A DNA stretch of 32,000 nucleotides from Halogeometricum borinquense DSM 11551 (GTDB taxonomy: Archaea > Halobacteriota > Halobacteria > Halobacteriales > Haloferacaceae), in contig NC_014729.1 of the NCBI RefSeq assembly GCF_000172995.2, positions 1,470,001 to 1,502,000 on the forward strand. Direction: 5' to 3'. Below the pieces are notes generated by a model. That model was given only the letters and a program-made list of their open reading frames with translations, was not told the DNA's origin and made no database searches. Positions within the stretch are counted from its first letter, which is position 1. The number at the start of each line of letters is the position of its first letter. Of this stretch, positions 8,059-17,445 are shown piece by piece. The position numbers and the translations under genes are program-made.

Positions 8059-8601
8059 TTACGTCTCGTCTTCGTCATCGAGTTCCGAACTCGACATCGG
8101 CCGCGCCGGGACACCCGCCACCGTCGTCCCCGGCGGTACGTCCCGCGTCACGAGCGAGTTCGCGGCAACCTGCGCGTCCTCGCCAATGTGGACGCCCGGA
8201 AGGATGACTGCTTTCGCGCCGATCATCGCACGGTCGCCGATAACAACTTCGCCCGTTCGGTATTCGTCTTGCAGGAACTCGTGGCAGAGAATAACCGAAT
8301 CATAGCCGACGATCACGTCGTCGCCGAGGGTAACGAGTTCGGGCCAGAACACGTCGGGCGTCGCTTCGAGCCCCCACGAGACGCCGCTCCCAACGGTAAC
8401 GCCGAGTCGTCGGAGCGCCCAGTTTTTCCATCGGAGCAAGGGTGCCACGCGCGCCACCCACACGAGGATGTAGTTCAACGCGACGCGCCAAACGGGCTTT
8501 GCGTCCGTCCAGTACTGGAGGGAGTTCAGGGGGCCGGGCGTCGGATGACCCTGCACTCGGTGGTGTCGTCGTCCCGCCGCGTCGTCGGTGTCGTCGCTCA
8601 C
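8059..8601 (-). CDS. hexapeptide-repeat (LbH) acetyltransferase, WcaF/maltose O-acetyltransferase-like
   Basis: Left-handed beta-helix repeats are visible: VTLGDDVIVGYDSVIL...VVIGDRAMIGAKAVILPGVHIGEDAQVAANSLVTRDVPPGTTVAGVPA. There is an N-terminal hydrophobic segment. GTG start. Confidence 0.8.
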   Translation of the reverse strand: MSDDTDDAAGRRHHRVQGHPTPGPLNSLQYWTDAKPVWRVALNYILVWVARVAPLLRWKNWALRRLGVTVGSGVSWGLEATPDVFWPELVTLGDDVIVGYDSVILCHEFLQDEYRTGEVVIGDRAMIGAKAVILPGVHIGEDAQVAANSLVTRDVPPGTTVAGVPARPMSSSELDDEDET

Positions 8602-8692
8602 GTCGGCCGATTCGTCCCGTTCGGATAAAAGACTCCGCGTCCCGGGTGATGAATTGGCAGTTTGCCCGCCAATCTCCGAGTGCCGACTGGAT

Positions 8693-9985
8693 CTACTCGC
8701 CGCGCAGTTCGTTCACGTGATCGATGCGCCGTTGTACGAGGTCGGGTTTGCCGATGTCGTGGCGGATGCGAAGACCCTCACCGGCGGCCGACAGACCGGC
8801 CTCGGCGGCCTTCTCAGCCTCCGCAATCGTGTCTTCGACGCCGACGACGGCGAACGACCGCGAGGTGGTCGTGTACAGACCGTCGTCGCGGGCGTCAACG
8901 CTAGCGTAGAACAGCAGTGCGTCACCGACGTTCTCCTCGTCAACTTCGATCTGTGCCCCGTCGTCGGGGTCCGTCGGGTAGCCGTCGGGGACGGCGTACT
9001 TGCACACTGTCGCCTTTCCGGCGAACTCCAGTTCCGGAAGCGACTCGCCATCGCGTCCGGCCGTCACAACGTCGAGGAACGGCGTTTCGAGGACGGGAAG
9101 CGTGTTCATCGCCTCGGGATCACCGAATCGGGCGTTGAACTCGATGACTTTCACGCCGTCGGCGGTGAGCATGAACTGGCCGTAGAGGACGCCTTTGTAG
9201 TCATCTAACGCATCGACCGTCGCTTCCAGCACTTCGACGGCCTCGGTGTAGTCCTCGAACGTCATGAACGGCAGTTCGGCGACTGAGTCGCTGTAACTTC
9301 CCATGCCGCCCGTGTTCGGCCCTTCGTCGCCCTCGTAGGCGCGCTTGTGGTCCTGCACGGCGGGCGTCGGGCGGACGTCACCGTTCGCCACGAACGCCTG
9401 CACGGTGAACTCCTCGCCGACGAGGCGTTCTTCGAGGACGACTTCCTCGTAGTCGGACTCGCGGAGGTACTCTTTGGCTTCCGCTTTGGTCACTTGGTCG
9501 CCGGTGACTTTCACGCCCTTGCCCCCCGTCAGGCCGGCGGGCTTGACGGCCAAGTCGCCGTCGTACTCGTCGATGTACTCGCAGGCCGCTTCGGTGTCCT
9601 CGAACACCGAGAAGTCCGGGCAGCCGGGAATGCCTTCTTCGGCCATGAACTCCCGCTGGAAGGCTTTGTCAGTCTCGATGCGGGCGTCTTCGGCCTGCGG
9701 ACCGAACGTGTACACCCCGGCGTCGTCGAGAGCGTCAGCGACGCCCGCTTCGAGGGCTGATTCGGGACCGATGACGGCCACGTCTGCACCCACTTCGGTG
9801 GCGTACGCGACGATGTCGTCGGCCGCCGTCTCCGACACCTGTCGGAACCCGGCCGAAAGCGACGCGATTCCGGGGTTGCGGTTGCTCGCACAGGCGTACA
9901 GTTCGCAGTCGGGGCTGGCAGTCAGGGCACGCGCGATGGCGTGTTCGCGGCCACCGCCGCCGACGAGAAGCGCCGTCTCCGTCAT
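8693..9985 (-). CDS. purD: phosphoribosylamine--glycine ligase (GAR synthetase)
   Basis: LLVGGGGREHAIARAL at the N-terminus. ATP-grasp region AVKPAGLTGGKGVKV...VLEERLVGEEFTVQAF...VIEFNARFGDPE. 430 aa. Confidence 0.95.
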   Translation of the reverse strand: MTETALLVGGGGREHAIARALTASPDCELYACASNRNPGIASLSAGFRQVSETAADDIVAYATEVGADVAVIGPESALEAGVADALDDAGVYTFGPQAEDARIETDKAFQREFMAEEGIPGCPDFSVFEDTEAACEYIDEYDGDLAVKPAGLTGGKGVKVTGDQVTKAEAKEYLRESDYEEVVLEERLVGEEFTVQAFVANGDVRPTPAVQDHKRAYEGDEGPNTGGMGSYSDSVAELPFMTFEDYTEAVEVLEATVDALDDYKGVLYGQFMLTADGVKVIEFNARFGDPEAMNTLPVLETPFLDVVTAGRDGESLPELEFAGKATVCKYAVPDGYPTDPDDGAQIEVDEENVGDALLFYASVDARDDGLYTTTSRSFAVVGVEDTIAEAEKAAEAGLSAAGEGLRIRHDIGKPDLVQRRIDHVNELRGE

Positions 9986-10143
9986 ACCCTCACGACCTCA
10001 GCACGAGAGTGTAAAGGTTGCTCTTCTCGCAAGTGATTCTGGGCACAGTCGTGTACATGATCTCCGCGCTAAGCGACCGCCACAGTCGGGGAGACGGCTT
10101 CCGGAACCCCGAGATTCTTGTCACCATCTGTTCACGTACGCGC

Positions 10144-12192
10144 ATGGATTCCCCTCCTGAAACCGACCAACGGGACACCGGCTACACCCTCCACGACGAC
10201 GACATCGACGACCCATATCTATGGTTAGAGGAGACCGACGACGATGTGTCCGCGTGGACGGCGGCGCAAAACGACTACGCGGACGACTACCTCGATTCGC
10301 TGGACATACGCGAGTCGCTCCGGCCTCGCTTCGAGGACCTGGCACGGACGACGACGTACATGCCCGTAAAGGCTCGACAGAACGGCTACTTCCAGCGCGT
10401 CCGCGATGCCGACGCCGACCATCCCGTCCTTACTTTCCGCCCAGGCTTAAACGAAGACCGCCGCGTCCTCGGCGATCCGAACGAGATGAGTGACGACGGG
10501 AGTGTCTCCGTCGATTGGTACGTTCCGAACCCCGACGGTAGTCTCGTCGCTTACGGCGTCGCGGAAGGCGGTGACGAACAGTACGATGTTCGTGTCCTCG
10601 AAACCGAATCGGGTGAGACGGCCGAGGAACTCACCGATGTCGGCCGTACCGGTCCGTGGTGTTTCGGCTGGACGGATGATGGTTTCTACTACCTGACTAC
10701 GGGGTCGGTGGGCGACGGCGGCCAGTTAGAGAAGGAAGTCTGCTTCCATGAGATTGGAACCGACCCGGCGGACGATTGGACGCTCGCCGACGAGTTCTCT
10801 ACGCAGACGTGGCCACTCGTCGAGACGGACGCCGAGAGCGACTACGTTATCCTCGGTCACACTGAAGGCTGGGAGCGGACCGACCTCTACTACGCCGAAC
10901 TCGGATCCGACGAACTGCATCCCCTCGTCGTCGGCGAGGACGCTCTCTTCGAACCGACGCTTGACGGGAACGACGTGTACGTGAACACCTCGCTCGATGC
11001 GTCGAACTACCGCGTGGTCAGCGTATCTCTCGATGCTGTGGACCCGAGTGCGTCGCCAACGGACGTGGGCGAGTCGTCAACGGACCCGAACAAGCCGTTC
11101 GAGACGGTGGTTGCAGAACGCGACGATGCCATCGCACAGGAACTCGACGTAATCGGTGACCGAATCGTCGTGAAGTACCTCCGCGACGCCGTCCACGAAC
11201 TCGTCGTCTTCGATGCCGATGGCGAGCAGGATGAGACGGTTCCACTACCGGGACGCGGGTCGGTCGCCTCTTTCGGCGGCGAGGACGACCTGTTTTTCAC
11301 CTACGAATCGTTCACCGAACCGCCGTCGATCCGACGCTACGCCTTCGGCGCAGACGAGACGACAGTCGTAGATCAGCCGGATATTTCGACCGAGACAGAC
11401 CTGACTGTCACCCAAGACTGGTTTGCATCCGCGGACGGAACCGAAGTTCCGGCGTTCGTCGTGCGCCGCTCCGACCTCGAATGCGACGGTGACAACCCTG
11501 CGGTGCTGTACGGATACGGCGGGTTTGAGAACAGTCTCACCCCATTCTTCGGCGAGTTCTTCCTCCCGTTCCTCGAATCGGGTGGGGTCCTCGCCGTCGC
11601 CAACCTTCGCGGCGGCGGCGAGTTCGGCGAGTCGTGGCACCACGCGGGTCGCCGCGAACACAAACAACGGGTCTTCGATGATTTCTTCGCCGCCGCCGAA
11701 CACCTCGTCGAGAATGGCTACACCTCCACAGAACGACTCGCCTGCTTCGGCGGGAGCAACGGCGGCCTTCTGGTGGGTGCGTCGATCACTCAACGACCAG
11801 ACCTGTTCGCGGCGGCCGTCTGCAAGGTTCCACTCCTCGATATGCTTCGGTTCCACACATCGCTTCTCGGTGAGACGTGGACCACCGAGTACGGGTCGCC
11901 CGACGACCCCGAAGCGTACGAGTACATCCGCGAGTACTCGCCGTATCACAATGTCGAAGAACGCGCGTACCCGGCCGTTCTCTTTACGACTGGCGAAAGC
12001 GACTCTCGCGTGGACCCGTTCCACGCCCGAAAGATGGCCGCACGGATGCAGGCCGCACAATCGGGAGCGGATCCGATCCTCCTGAAAACTCGGTCGCAGA
12101 CGGGCCACGGATCCGGCAAACCCGTTTCAAAAGTTGTCGAGGAGAATCTCGACGAGTGGTCGTTCCTCGGCGACCAACTGGACGCATTCTAG
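10144..12192 (+). CDS. prolyl oligopeptidase family serine peptidase (S9A)
   Basis: DPYLWLEE is near the N-terminus, followed by a beta-propeller region. The catalytic domain has the nucleophile motif GGSNGGLLVG, then DSRVDP and GHG. The ORF-track start 10018 (TTG) is trimmed to the ATG at 10144 (MDSPPETDQ...). Confidence 0.9.
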   Translation: MDSPPETDQRDTGYTLHDDDIDDPYLWLEETDDDVSAWTAAQNDYADDYLDSLDIRESLRPRFEDLARTTTYMPVKARQNGYFQRVRDADADHPVLTFRPGLNEDRRVLGDPNEMSDDGSVSVDWYVPNPDGSLVAYGVAEGGDEQYDVRVLETESGETAEELTDVGRTGPWCFGWTDDGFYYLTTGSVGDGGQLEKEVCFHEIGTDPADDWTLADEFSTQTWPLVETDAESDYVILGHTEGWERTDLYYAELGSDELHPLVVGEDALFEPTLDGNDVYVNTSLDASNYRVVSVSLDAVDPSASPTDVGESSTDPNKPFETVVAERDDAIAQELDVIGDRIVVKYLRDAVHELVVFDADGEQDETVPLPGRGSVASFGGEDDLFFTYESFTEPPSIRRYAFGADETTVVDQPDISTETDLTVTQDWFASADGTEVPAFVVRRSDLECDGDNPAVLYGYGGFENSLTPFFGEFFLPFLESGGVLAVANLRGGGEFGESWHHAGRREHKQRVFDDFFAAAEHLVENGYTSTERLACFGGSNGGLLVGASITQRPDLFAAAVCKVPLLDMLRFHTSLLGETWTTEYGSPDDPEAYEYIREYSPYHNVEERAYPAVLFTTGESDSRVDPFHARKMAARMQAAQSGADPILLKTRSQTGHGSGKPVSKVVEENLDEWSFLGDQLDAF

Positions 12193-12295
12193 AGCGACTA
12201 GCCAGCTCGATGACACGAGTCGCCCGCTTGCTGATCCGTCAAACGGGTGTTTCACTCACCAGAAGACCCTTTTTGTCGGCTCCGCGTTTGTGACC

Positions 12296-13723
12296 ATGGT
12301 CTCTCGGAGGCGGTTTCTCGGACTCGGTGCTGGCACGCTGGCGGTGACGGCCGGCTGTCTCGGCACCCGCCGTAGCGACGGTACCGCCGCACCAACCAAC
12401 GAATCGCCCGCCACTCCTGATTCGACATCCGAATCGACCGGCGACGACTCCTCGAAAACGCCACGCGATCTGCCCGAGTGGACGCCGGACTGGACGCTCT
12501 CGTTCGATAACTGGCACGTCTTAGGTATCGATGTGGCCGATTCCACCGAGGTCGCCACCGCCACCAACACCACGAATGCTACCAACACCGGCGATGGGAT
12601 CCTGTTCACGACGCTGCGTCGAGACGGCGGTAACTCCGCTGTCGCGGCCGTAGACCCTTCCGACGCGTCGGTTCGTTGGCGGACGAAGATGGACGGTGAG
12701 GCGGTCAGCGGCTCACACGCCGCGTTCCAGCGCATCGCTCGCGGCCAGTGGGGTGCGACACTCACCGCTGAGACTGTCTACTCAGTCGCCGGAAACGCCG
12801 ACGAACGCGAGTGGACCGAACTGTACGCACTCGACCGGTCGAACGGTGAGCGACGGTGGTCGCTGAAGCGTGACCGGAAACTCGCCGTTGCGGGTGTCTC
12901 AGACGGCCTCCTCGTCGCAACCGGCTTGGAGTTCTTCCCGCCGCCGAACGAGACGCCGGTGAGCCATCAGACGCCCGAGGAACCGCTCACGACAGTCGTC
13001 TACGGTCTCGACGTAACTGACGGAGCGGTTCGCTGGACGCGCGAGTTTACCGCGGTTCGGGATGTCGCAGTCGGTCCCGAGGGTATCTACGTCGCCGCTG
13101 GGGACCGCCTTCTCGGTCTCGGACGCGACGGCGAGACGCAGTTTACGGTTGACGACGGCCCCGCCAAATGGATCGAAGTCGCCGACGAGCGACTCTTCTT
13201 CTTGGCTGGTGAGGGAGACGGAGCGACGCTTCACGGCGTCGCACCGAACGGCGACGGTGACTGGAAACACGACGTACCGGTGGAGGAACTCCTTCTCGAC
13301 GGCGACCGTCTGTACGCGGGCGGCGACTCGGTGCTGGCGGTAGACGCCGACGGGACCGTCGCTTGGCGTGACGACAACTACGGCCAGTGGCTTCTGCTCG
13401 ATCCGGACGGAGACACGCTCTACACCCGGTCTGGCGTCCGAGCCGACGCCGCGACGGCGTACAGTACCGCCGGTGAGAAACGCTGGACGTTCGATCCGCC
13501 GTCGAACAACGCGTGGCCGGAGGCGGCGACGGCCGACGCGATGGTGGCTACCGCCATTACCGCCGACGACAGCGATGACCTCTTTAAAACCGTCTACGCC
13601 GTTGATTCAGCCGGCGAGGCGACCGCCGCCTTCGGTCGAGACACCGTCTTCGATGCGGTTGGACGTGACGACACTGTCTACCTCGCAGACGGGCAGTCGA
13701 ACCTCCTGGCTTTGACGCCGTGA
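12296..13723 (+). CDS. secreted PQQ-like/BamB-like beta-propeller repeat lipoprotein (Tat signal plus lipobox)
   Basis: MVSRRRFLGLGAGTLAVTAGC is a twin-arginine signal with a lipobox Cys. A Thr/Ser-rich linker follows, then repeated ...W...DG...V..G.VYV/LYA... propeller blades. The ORF-track start 12134 is trimmed to the ATG at 12296. Confidence 0.8.
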   Translation: MVSRRRFLGLGAGTLAVTAGCLGTRRSDGTAAPTNESPATPDSTSESTGDDSSKTPRDLPEWTPDWTLSFDNWHVLGIDVADSTEVATATNTTNATNTGDGILFTTLRRDGGNSAVAAVDPSDASVRWRTKMDGEAVSGSHAAFQRIARGQWGATLTAETVYSVAGNADEREWTELYALDRSNGERRWSLKRDRKLAVAGVSDGLLVATGLEFFPPPNETPVSHQTPEEPLTTVVYGLDVTDGAVRWTREFTAVRDVAVGPEGIYVAAGDRLLGLGRDGETQFTVDDGPAKWIEVADERLFFLAGEGDGATLHGVAPNGDGDWKHDVPVEELLLDGDRLYAGGDSVLAVDADGTVAWRDDNYGQWLLLDPDGDTLYTRSGVRADAATAYSTAGEKRWTFDPPSNNAWPEAATADAMVATAITADDSDDLFKTVYAVDSAGEATAAFGRDTVFDAVGRDDTVYLADGQSNLLALTP

Positions 13724-13804
13724 TCCGAATCGACTGCCGAACGGATCCAGCGACGCTTCGCCGTCTCCACGGTCCTTTAGTCGCCGCGGAATCGTAGTTC
13801 ACGT

Positions 13805-15982
13805 ATGAGCGACGCGTTGGGGCGCAATCGGCTAGCCGACGAGCAAAGCCCGTATCTCCAGCAACACGCTGACAATCCGGTGAACTGGCAGCCGTGGGAC
13901 GAGACGGCCATTGAAGCCGCCCGGGAGAAGGACCGCCCCATCTTCCTCTCGGTGGGCTACTCGGCGTGCCACTGGTGTCACGTCATGGCTGACGAGAGTT
14001 TCGAGGACGACGACGTGGCAGCAGTGCTAAACGAGTCGTTCGTTCCGGTCAAGGTCGATAGAGAGGAACGACCCGACTTAGACCGTATCTATCAGACTAT
14101 CTGCCAACTCGTCACCGGCGGCGGCGGTTGGCCGCTCTCCGTCTGGCTCACACCTCAAGGCAAGCCGTTCTACGTCGGGACGTACTTCCCGAAGGAGGAA
14201 CGGCGGGATCGAGGGAACGTCCCCGGCTTCTTGGACCTCTGTCGGTCGTTTGCGGAGGCGTGGGAGAACGATCGCGAGGAGATCGAGAACCGCGCCCAGC
14301 AGTGGACCGCGGCGATACAGGATCAGTTGGAGGCGACGCCCGACGACCCCGGCGAATCGCCCGGCACCGAGATTCTGGGCGAAGTGGCGAAAGCCGCCCT
14401 CCGCGGTGCGGACAGAGAGTACGGCGGGTTCGGGTCCGGCGGACCGAAGTTCCCCCAACCCGGCCGCGTTGAGGCGCTTCTCCGGTCGTACGTCCACTCC
14501 GGCGAGGACGAACCGCTGACTGTGGCGATGGAGACGCTGGACGCGATGGCGGGCGGCGGGATGTACGACCACGTCGGCGGCGGCTTCCACCGCTACGCTA
14601 CCGACCGCCAGTGGACGGTTCCGCACTTCGAGAAGATGTTGTACGACAACGCCGAGATTCCGCGCGTCTACCTCGCTGCACACCGTCTCACCGGCCGCGC
14701 CGACTACGCCGAAGTCGCCCGCGAGACGTTCGACTTCGTGGCTCGTGAACTCCGACATCCCGACGGCGGCTTTTTCAGTACGCTTGACGCCCAAAGTGGC
14801 GGCGAAGAAGGAACGTTCTACGTCTGGACGCCCGAGCAGGTTCACGAGGCGCTCGCTGACGAGACACGTGCCGAGGTGTTCTGTGACTACTACGGCGTCA
14901 CTTCCGGTGGCAACTTCGAAAACGGCACGACCGTCCTCACCGTCTCAGCGACGGTGGACTCGGTGGCCGACGAACACGGCCTGACGACTGACGAGGTGAC
15001 AGACCACCTGGACGCGGCCCGCGAAACGCTGTTCGACACGCGGGAGTCGCGGACGCGCCCGCCGCGCGACGAGAAGGTGCTGGCCGGGTGGAACGGCCTG
15101 ATGATTTCGAGTCTCGCGCAGGGCGCGCTCGTCCTCGGTGACGAGTACGCCGAACTCGCCGCCGACGCACTCGGTTTCGCCCGTGAACACCTGTGGGACG
15201 AATCGGAGGGGCGACTCTCCCGTCGGTTCAAAGACGGCGACGTGAAAGGTGAGGGGTACCTCGAAGACTACGCCTTCCTCGCTCGCGGCGCGTTCGACCT
15301 GTATCAGGCGACGGGCGACGTGGATCATCTCGCTTTCGCCGTCGAACTCGCCCGCGAAATCGTCGCCTCGTTCTACGACGACGCCGCCGGGACGCTCTAC
15401 TTCACGCCGGACGACGGCGAAGCGCTCGTCACTCGTCCGCAGGAGCTACAGGACCAGTCTACGCCGTCCAGCGTCGGCGTCGCCACCTCTCTCCTCTTGG
15501 ATCTCGACGCCTTCGCTCCAGATGCCGACTTCGCCGCCGTCGCCGGATCGGTGCTTGACACCCATGCCGACCGCATCCGCGGCCGACCGCTCGAACACGT
15601 CTCGCTCGCGCTCGCCGCTGAGAAGCGCGCCCGCGGCGGATCAGAAATCGTCGTCGCCGGGGACTCGCTGCCCGACTCGTTCCGGCAGTCGCTGGCGGAA
15701 CGCTACGTCCCCGACGCTGTCCTTTCGATCCGACCGCCGACTGACGACGATCTGACGCCGTGGCTGGACACGCTCGGCGTCGAAGACGCGCCGCCCGTCT
15801 GGCAGGGCAGAGAGATGCGCGACGGCGAACCAACCGTCTACGCCTGCGAGGGGCGCGCCTGCTCGCCGCCCACACACTCGGTCGAAGAAGCGCTTTCGTG
15901 GTTCGGCGGTGGCGACGACGTGGACGTAGAACTAGACGACGCGGACATCGATTTGGACGAAACCGACCTCGACATCGACTGA
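13805..15982 (+). CDS. thioredoxin-domain protein of the DUF255/YyaL family (Trx-like N-domain plus six-hairpin glycosidase-like domain)
   Basis: SPYLQQHADNPVNWQPWDE and IFLSVGYSACHWCHVM are the family signatures. 725 aa with an acidic C-terminal tail. Confidence 0.85.
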   Translation: MSDALGRNRLADEQSPYLQQHADNPVNWQPWDETAIEAAREKDRPIFLSVGYSACHWCHVMADESFEDDDVAAVLNESFVPVKVDREERPDLDRIYQTICQLVTGGGGWPLSVWLTPQGKPFYVGTYFPKEERRDRGNVPGFLDLCRSFAEAWENDREEIENRAQQWTAAIQDQLEATPDDPGESPGTEILGEVAKAALRGADREYGGFGSGGPKFPQPGRVEALLRSYVHSGEDEPLTVAMETLDAMAGGGMYDHVGGGFHRYATDRQWTVPHFEKMLYDNAEIPRVYLAAHRLTGRADYAEVARETFDFVARELRHPDGGFFSTLDAQSGGEEGTFYVWTPEQVHEALADETRAEVFCDYYGVTSGGNFENGTTVLTVSATVDSVADEHGLTTDEVTDHLDAARETLFDTRESRTRPPRDEKVLAGWNGLMISSLAQGALVLGDEYAELAADALGFAREHLWDESEGRLSRRFKDGDVKGEGYLEDYAFLARGAFDLYQATGDVDHLAFAVELAREIVASFYDDAAGTLYFTPDDGEALVTRPQELQDQSTPSSVGVATSLLLDLDAFAPDADFAAVAGSVLDTHADRIRGRPLEHVSLALAAEKRARGGSEIVVAGDSLPDSFRQSLAERYVPDAVLSIRPPTDDDLTPWLDTLGVEDAPPVWQGREMRDGEPTVYACEGRACSPPTHSVEEALSWFGGGDDVDVELDDADIDLDETDLDID

Positions 15983-15997
15983 CGGGCGCACCCCGAA

Positions 15998-16813
15998 TCA
16001 GTCGTCGCCGCGAATCTCTCGTCCGTCGTATCGCCGAAGCGTTTCCGCGAGGAAGTCGGCGACGCGTTCCGCGCGCTCGATGTCGTCGCACGGGAGCGCC
16101 TTCGGCGGCCGGTGTAACTTCTCCAGCGTCCACGTAAGCGCTCGCCCAATCGGGTCATCGGAGATTGGCCCGTCGAGACCCCACGACAGTCGGAGCGTTG
16201 TCCCGTTGTCGGCGACGTCGAGGCCGCGGAGGTTCGAGATCCCGTAGCAACTCGCCCGTGATTCGTCCAGCGTCTCCTTGCAGATGGACGATCTGACGCT
16301 CCACCGCCGTTCCTCGGCGATCCACTCCGCCACTGGCTCTTCAGCAACGAGACAGCCCGCGGTTTTCGTGAGCGAGTCCTCGGTGGCAGCGAACGCTTCT
16401 TCGGGGAGCGAATCGGCGTCCACCGCGAGGCTCGAATGATGCGGCATCGCCGTGAAGACGGTCTGCCCCTCGCGGGCGAGTTCCACCTCGAACAGGAAGT
16501 GTCGCCCGATGATTCCCCTTGTGAGTGCGACGAGGCGGCGGACCGACTTGCGCCCGGACTCGTCGCTCACTCCTACACTCCACGCCTCCCAGTCCCCGTT
16601 GTCGCGTTCGGGCCGGCGGTCGAATCGCTCACGAACTGCGTCCCACGCCTCCCGGCAGTCATCACCGTCGGGTTCCTCGTCGGCCCACGGTTCGTCTATT
16701 CTAACGAGTGCGGTCGTCGCGTACGGAAAGAGTGCGTCGGTCGTTTGCGCGAGTGCATCGGCGTACTCGTCGGTGATGAGCGCGTGCGTTCTGTTGAAGT
16801 CGTCGGAGGGCAT
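15998..16813 (-). CDS. hypothetical acidic protein, no recognisable motif
   Basis: A 271-aa ORF with acidic, haloarchaeal-like composition and an ATG start. It ends convergently 16 nt from the DUF255 gene. The overlapping + strand ORF (16436..17311) is Arg/Gly/Val-rich and looks like a shadow ORF. Confidence 0.6.
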   Translation of the reverse strand: MPSDDFNRTHALITDEYADALAQTTDALFPYATTALVRIDEPWADEEPDGDDCREAWDAVRERFDRRPERDNGDWEAWSVGVSDESGRKSVRRLVALTRGIIGRHFLFEVELAREGQTVFTAMPHHSSLAVDADSLPEEAFAATEDSLTKTAGCLVAEEPVAEWIAEERRWSVRSSICKETLDESRASCYGISNLRGLDVADNGTTLRLSWGLDGPISDDPIGRALTWTLEKLHRPPKALPCDDIERAERVADFLAETLRRYDGREIRGDD

Positions 16814-16875
16814 TGTCGCGTGAACTGGTCAAGGGGGGTTAGGTTCGCCGTTCGTGCGACGGTTCTGGGTGGCCG

Positions 16876-16930
16876 TCGTTTTCGCGGTTATTCGGCGAGT
16901 TCGTTTTCGCGGCTATTCGGCGAGTTCGTT
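16876..16930. repeat. 25-bp tandem duplication (2 units plus 5 nt) spanning the stop codon of the thioredoxin-like gene
   Basis: Unit 1 is 16876-16900 (tcgttttcgcggttattcggcgagt). Unit 2 is 16901-16925 (tcgttttcgcggctattcggcgagt), with 1 mismatch. A third unit starts with tcgtt. Confidence 0.9.
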
Positions 16931-17299
16931 GGCGAGGTAGACGGCGATGGGGACGCGCGCATCTTCGACGAAGCGGGCGACTTCCTCACCATCCCGTTCG
17001 ACGACGACGGTGGGGATGTACTCGATGTCGTACTCCTCAACGAGGGGCCCGGTCTTGCTCCCGTCGTCTTCCTTCTCGACGGGGTAGTGTTCGACCCGCT
17101 CGTCGGGCACTTCCGCGGCGTCGAGAGCGGCGGCGAAGTCCGGCAGTTGGTTTCGGCAGTCCTTACACCAGTCGCCGCCCCACACTTTGAAGACGAGTCC
17201 GTCCTCGGAAAGCGTCTCGACGGTGTCTTCGTAGGAGTCAGCGTCCCACGCGGGATTCGGTTGCATCGTGTCCAGCGTTCCGGCTTCAGCTTCGGTCAT
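16913..17299 (-). CDS. thioredoxin-like protein (CxxC = CKDC)
   Basis: VFKVWGGDWCKDCRNQLP and the overall roughly 128-aa thioredoxin-fold pattern. The ORF-track start 17614 is trimmed to the ATG at 17299 (MTEAEAG...), because the upstream extension is Arg/Pro-rich and non-acidic. Confidence 0.75.
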   Translation of the reverse strand: MTEAEAGTLDTMQPNPAWDADSYEDTVETLSEDGLVFKVWGGDWCKDCRNQLPDFAAALDAAEVPDERVEHYPVEKEDDGSKTGPLVEEYDIEYIPTVVVERDGEEVARFVEDARVPIAVYLANELAE

Positions 17300-17445
17300 G
17301 GTGGTTTCTAACGAACGCGCCGACGTAAAGCGCGCGGTGTCGGAGTGATTCGCCGCCCGGTGTTCCGTGACAGCGGACGCAACATATCGGCGTCTCTTGC
17401 CCCCGTCCGCCATCGTTTTCGGGGTGAGAATACTACCGAACGACA

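Noticed and set aside
7845-8207. 120-aa ORF (TTG start) in the 300-nt gap after the histidine kinase. Two hydrophobic segments (AGSLIVAFVVGAI and MLWFWPSLAVATPVVYYVFYSL) and fairly high GC3 suggest a small membrane protein.
   Set aside because: There is no ATG start. The last roughly 50 codons run antisense through the acetyltransferase 3' end (149-nt overlap) and are Pro/Ser/Arg-rich. The evidence is too weak to report as a feature, but it is worth checking with proteomics or homology.
7498-8628. 376-aa plus-strand ORF spanning the kinase 3' end, an intergenic region and the antisense strand of the acetyltransferase.
   Set aside because: It is extremely Arg/Ser/Pro/Thr-rich and basic, unlike the acidic proteome. 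It overlaps two well-supported genes.
10018-10143. Upstream extensions of several ORF-track entries: 10018, 12134, 17614, 19388, 21767, 28353, and 4469 (TTG).
   Set aside because: The extensions are non-acidic (Arg/Ser/Thr-rich) and start at non-ATG or poorly placed codons. Each is followed by an in-frame ATG that begins the recognisable domain or signal peptide. The starts were trimmed accordingly and remain predictions.
11245-12108. 287-aa minus-strand ORF antisense to the prolyl oligopeptidase. Similar cases are 14078..14845 and 15459..16133 (antisense to the DUF255 gene) and 16436..17311.
   Set aside because: They have basic, Arg/Gly/Val-rich composition and no motifs, and each lies fully within or antisense to strongly supported genes.
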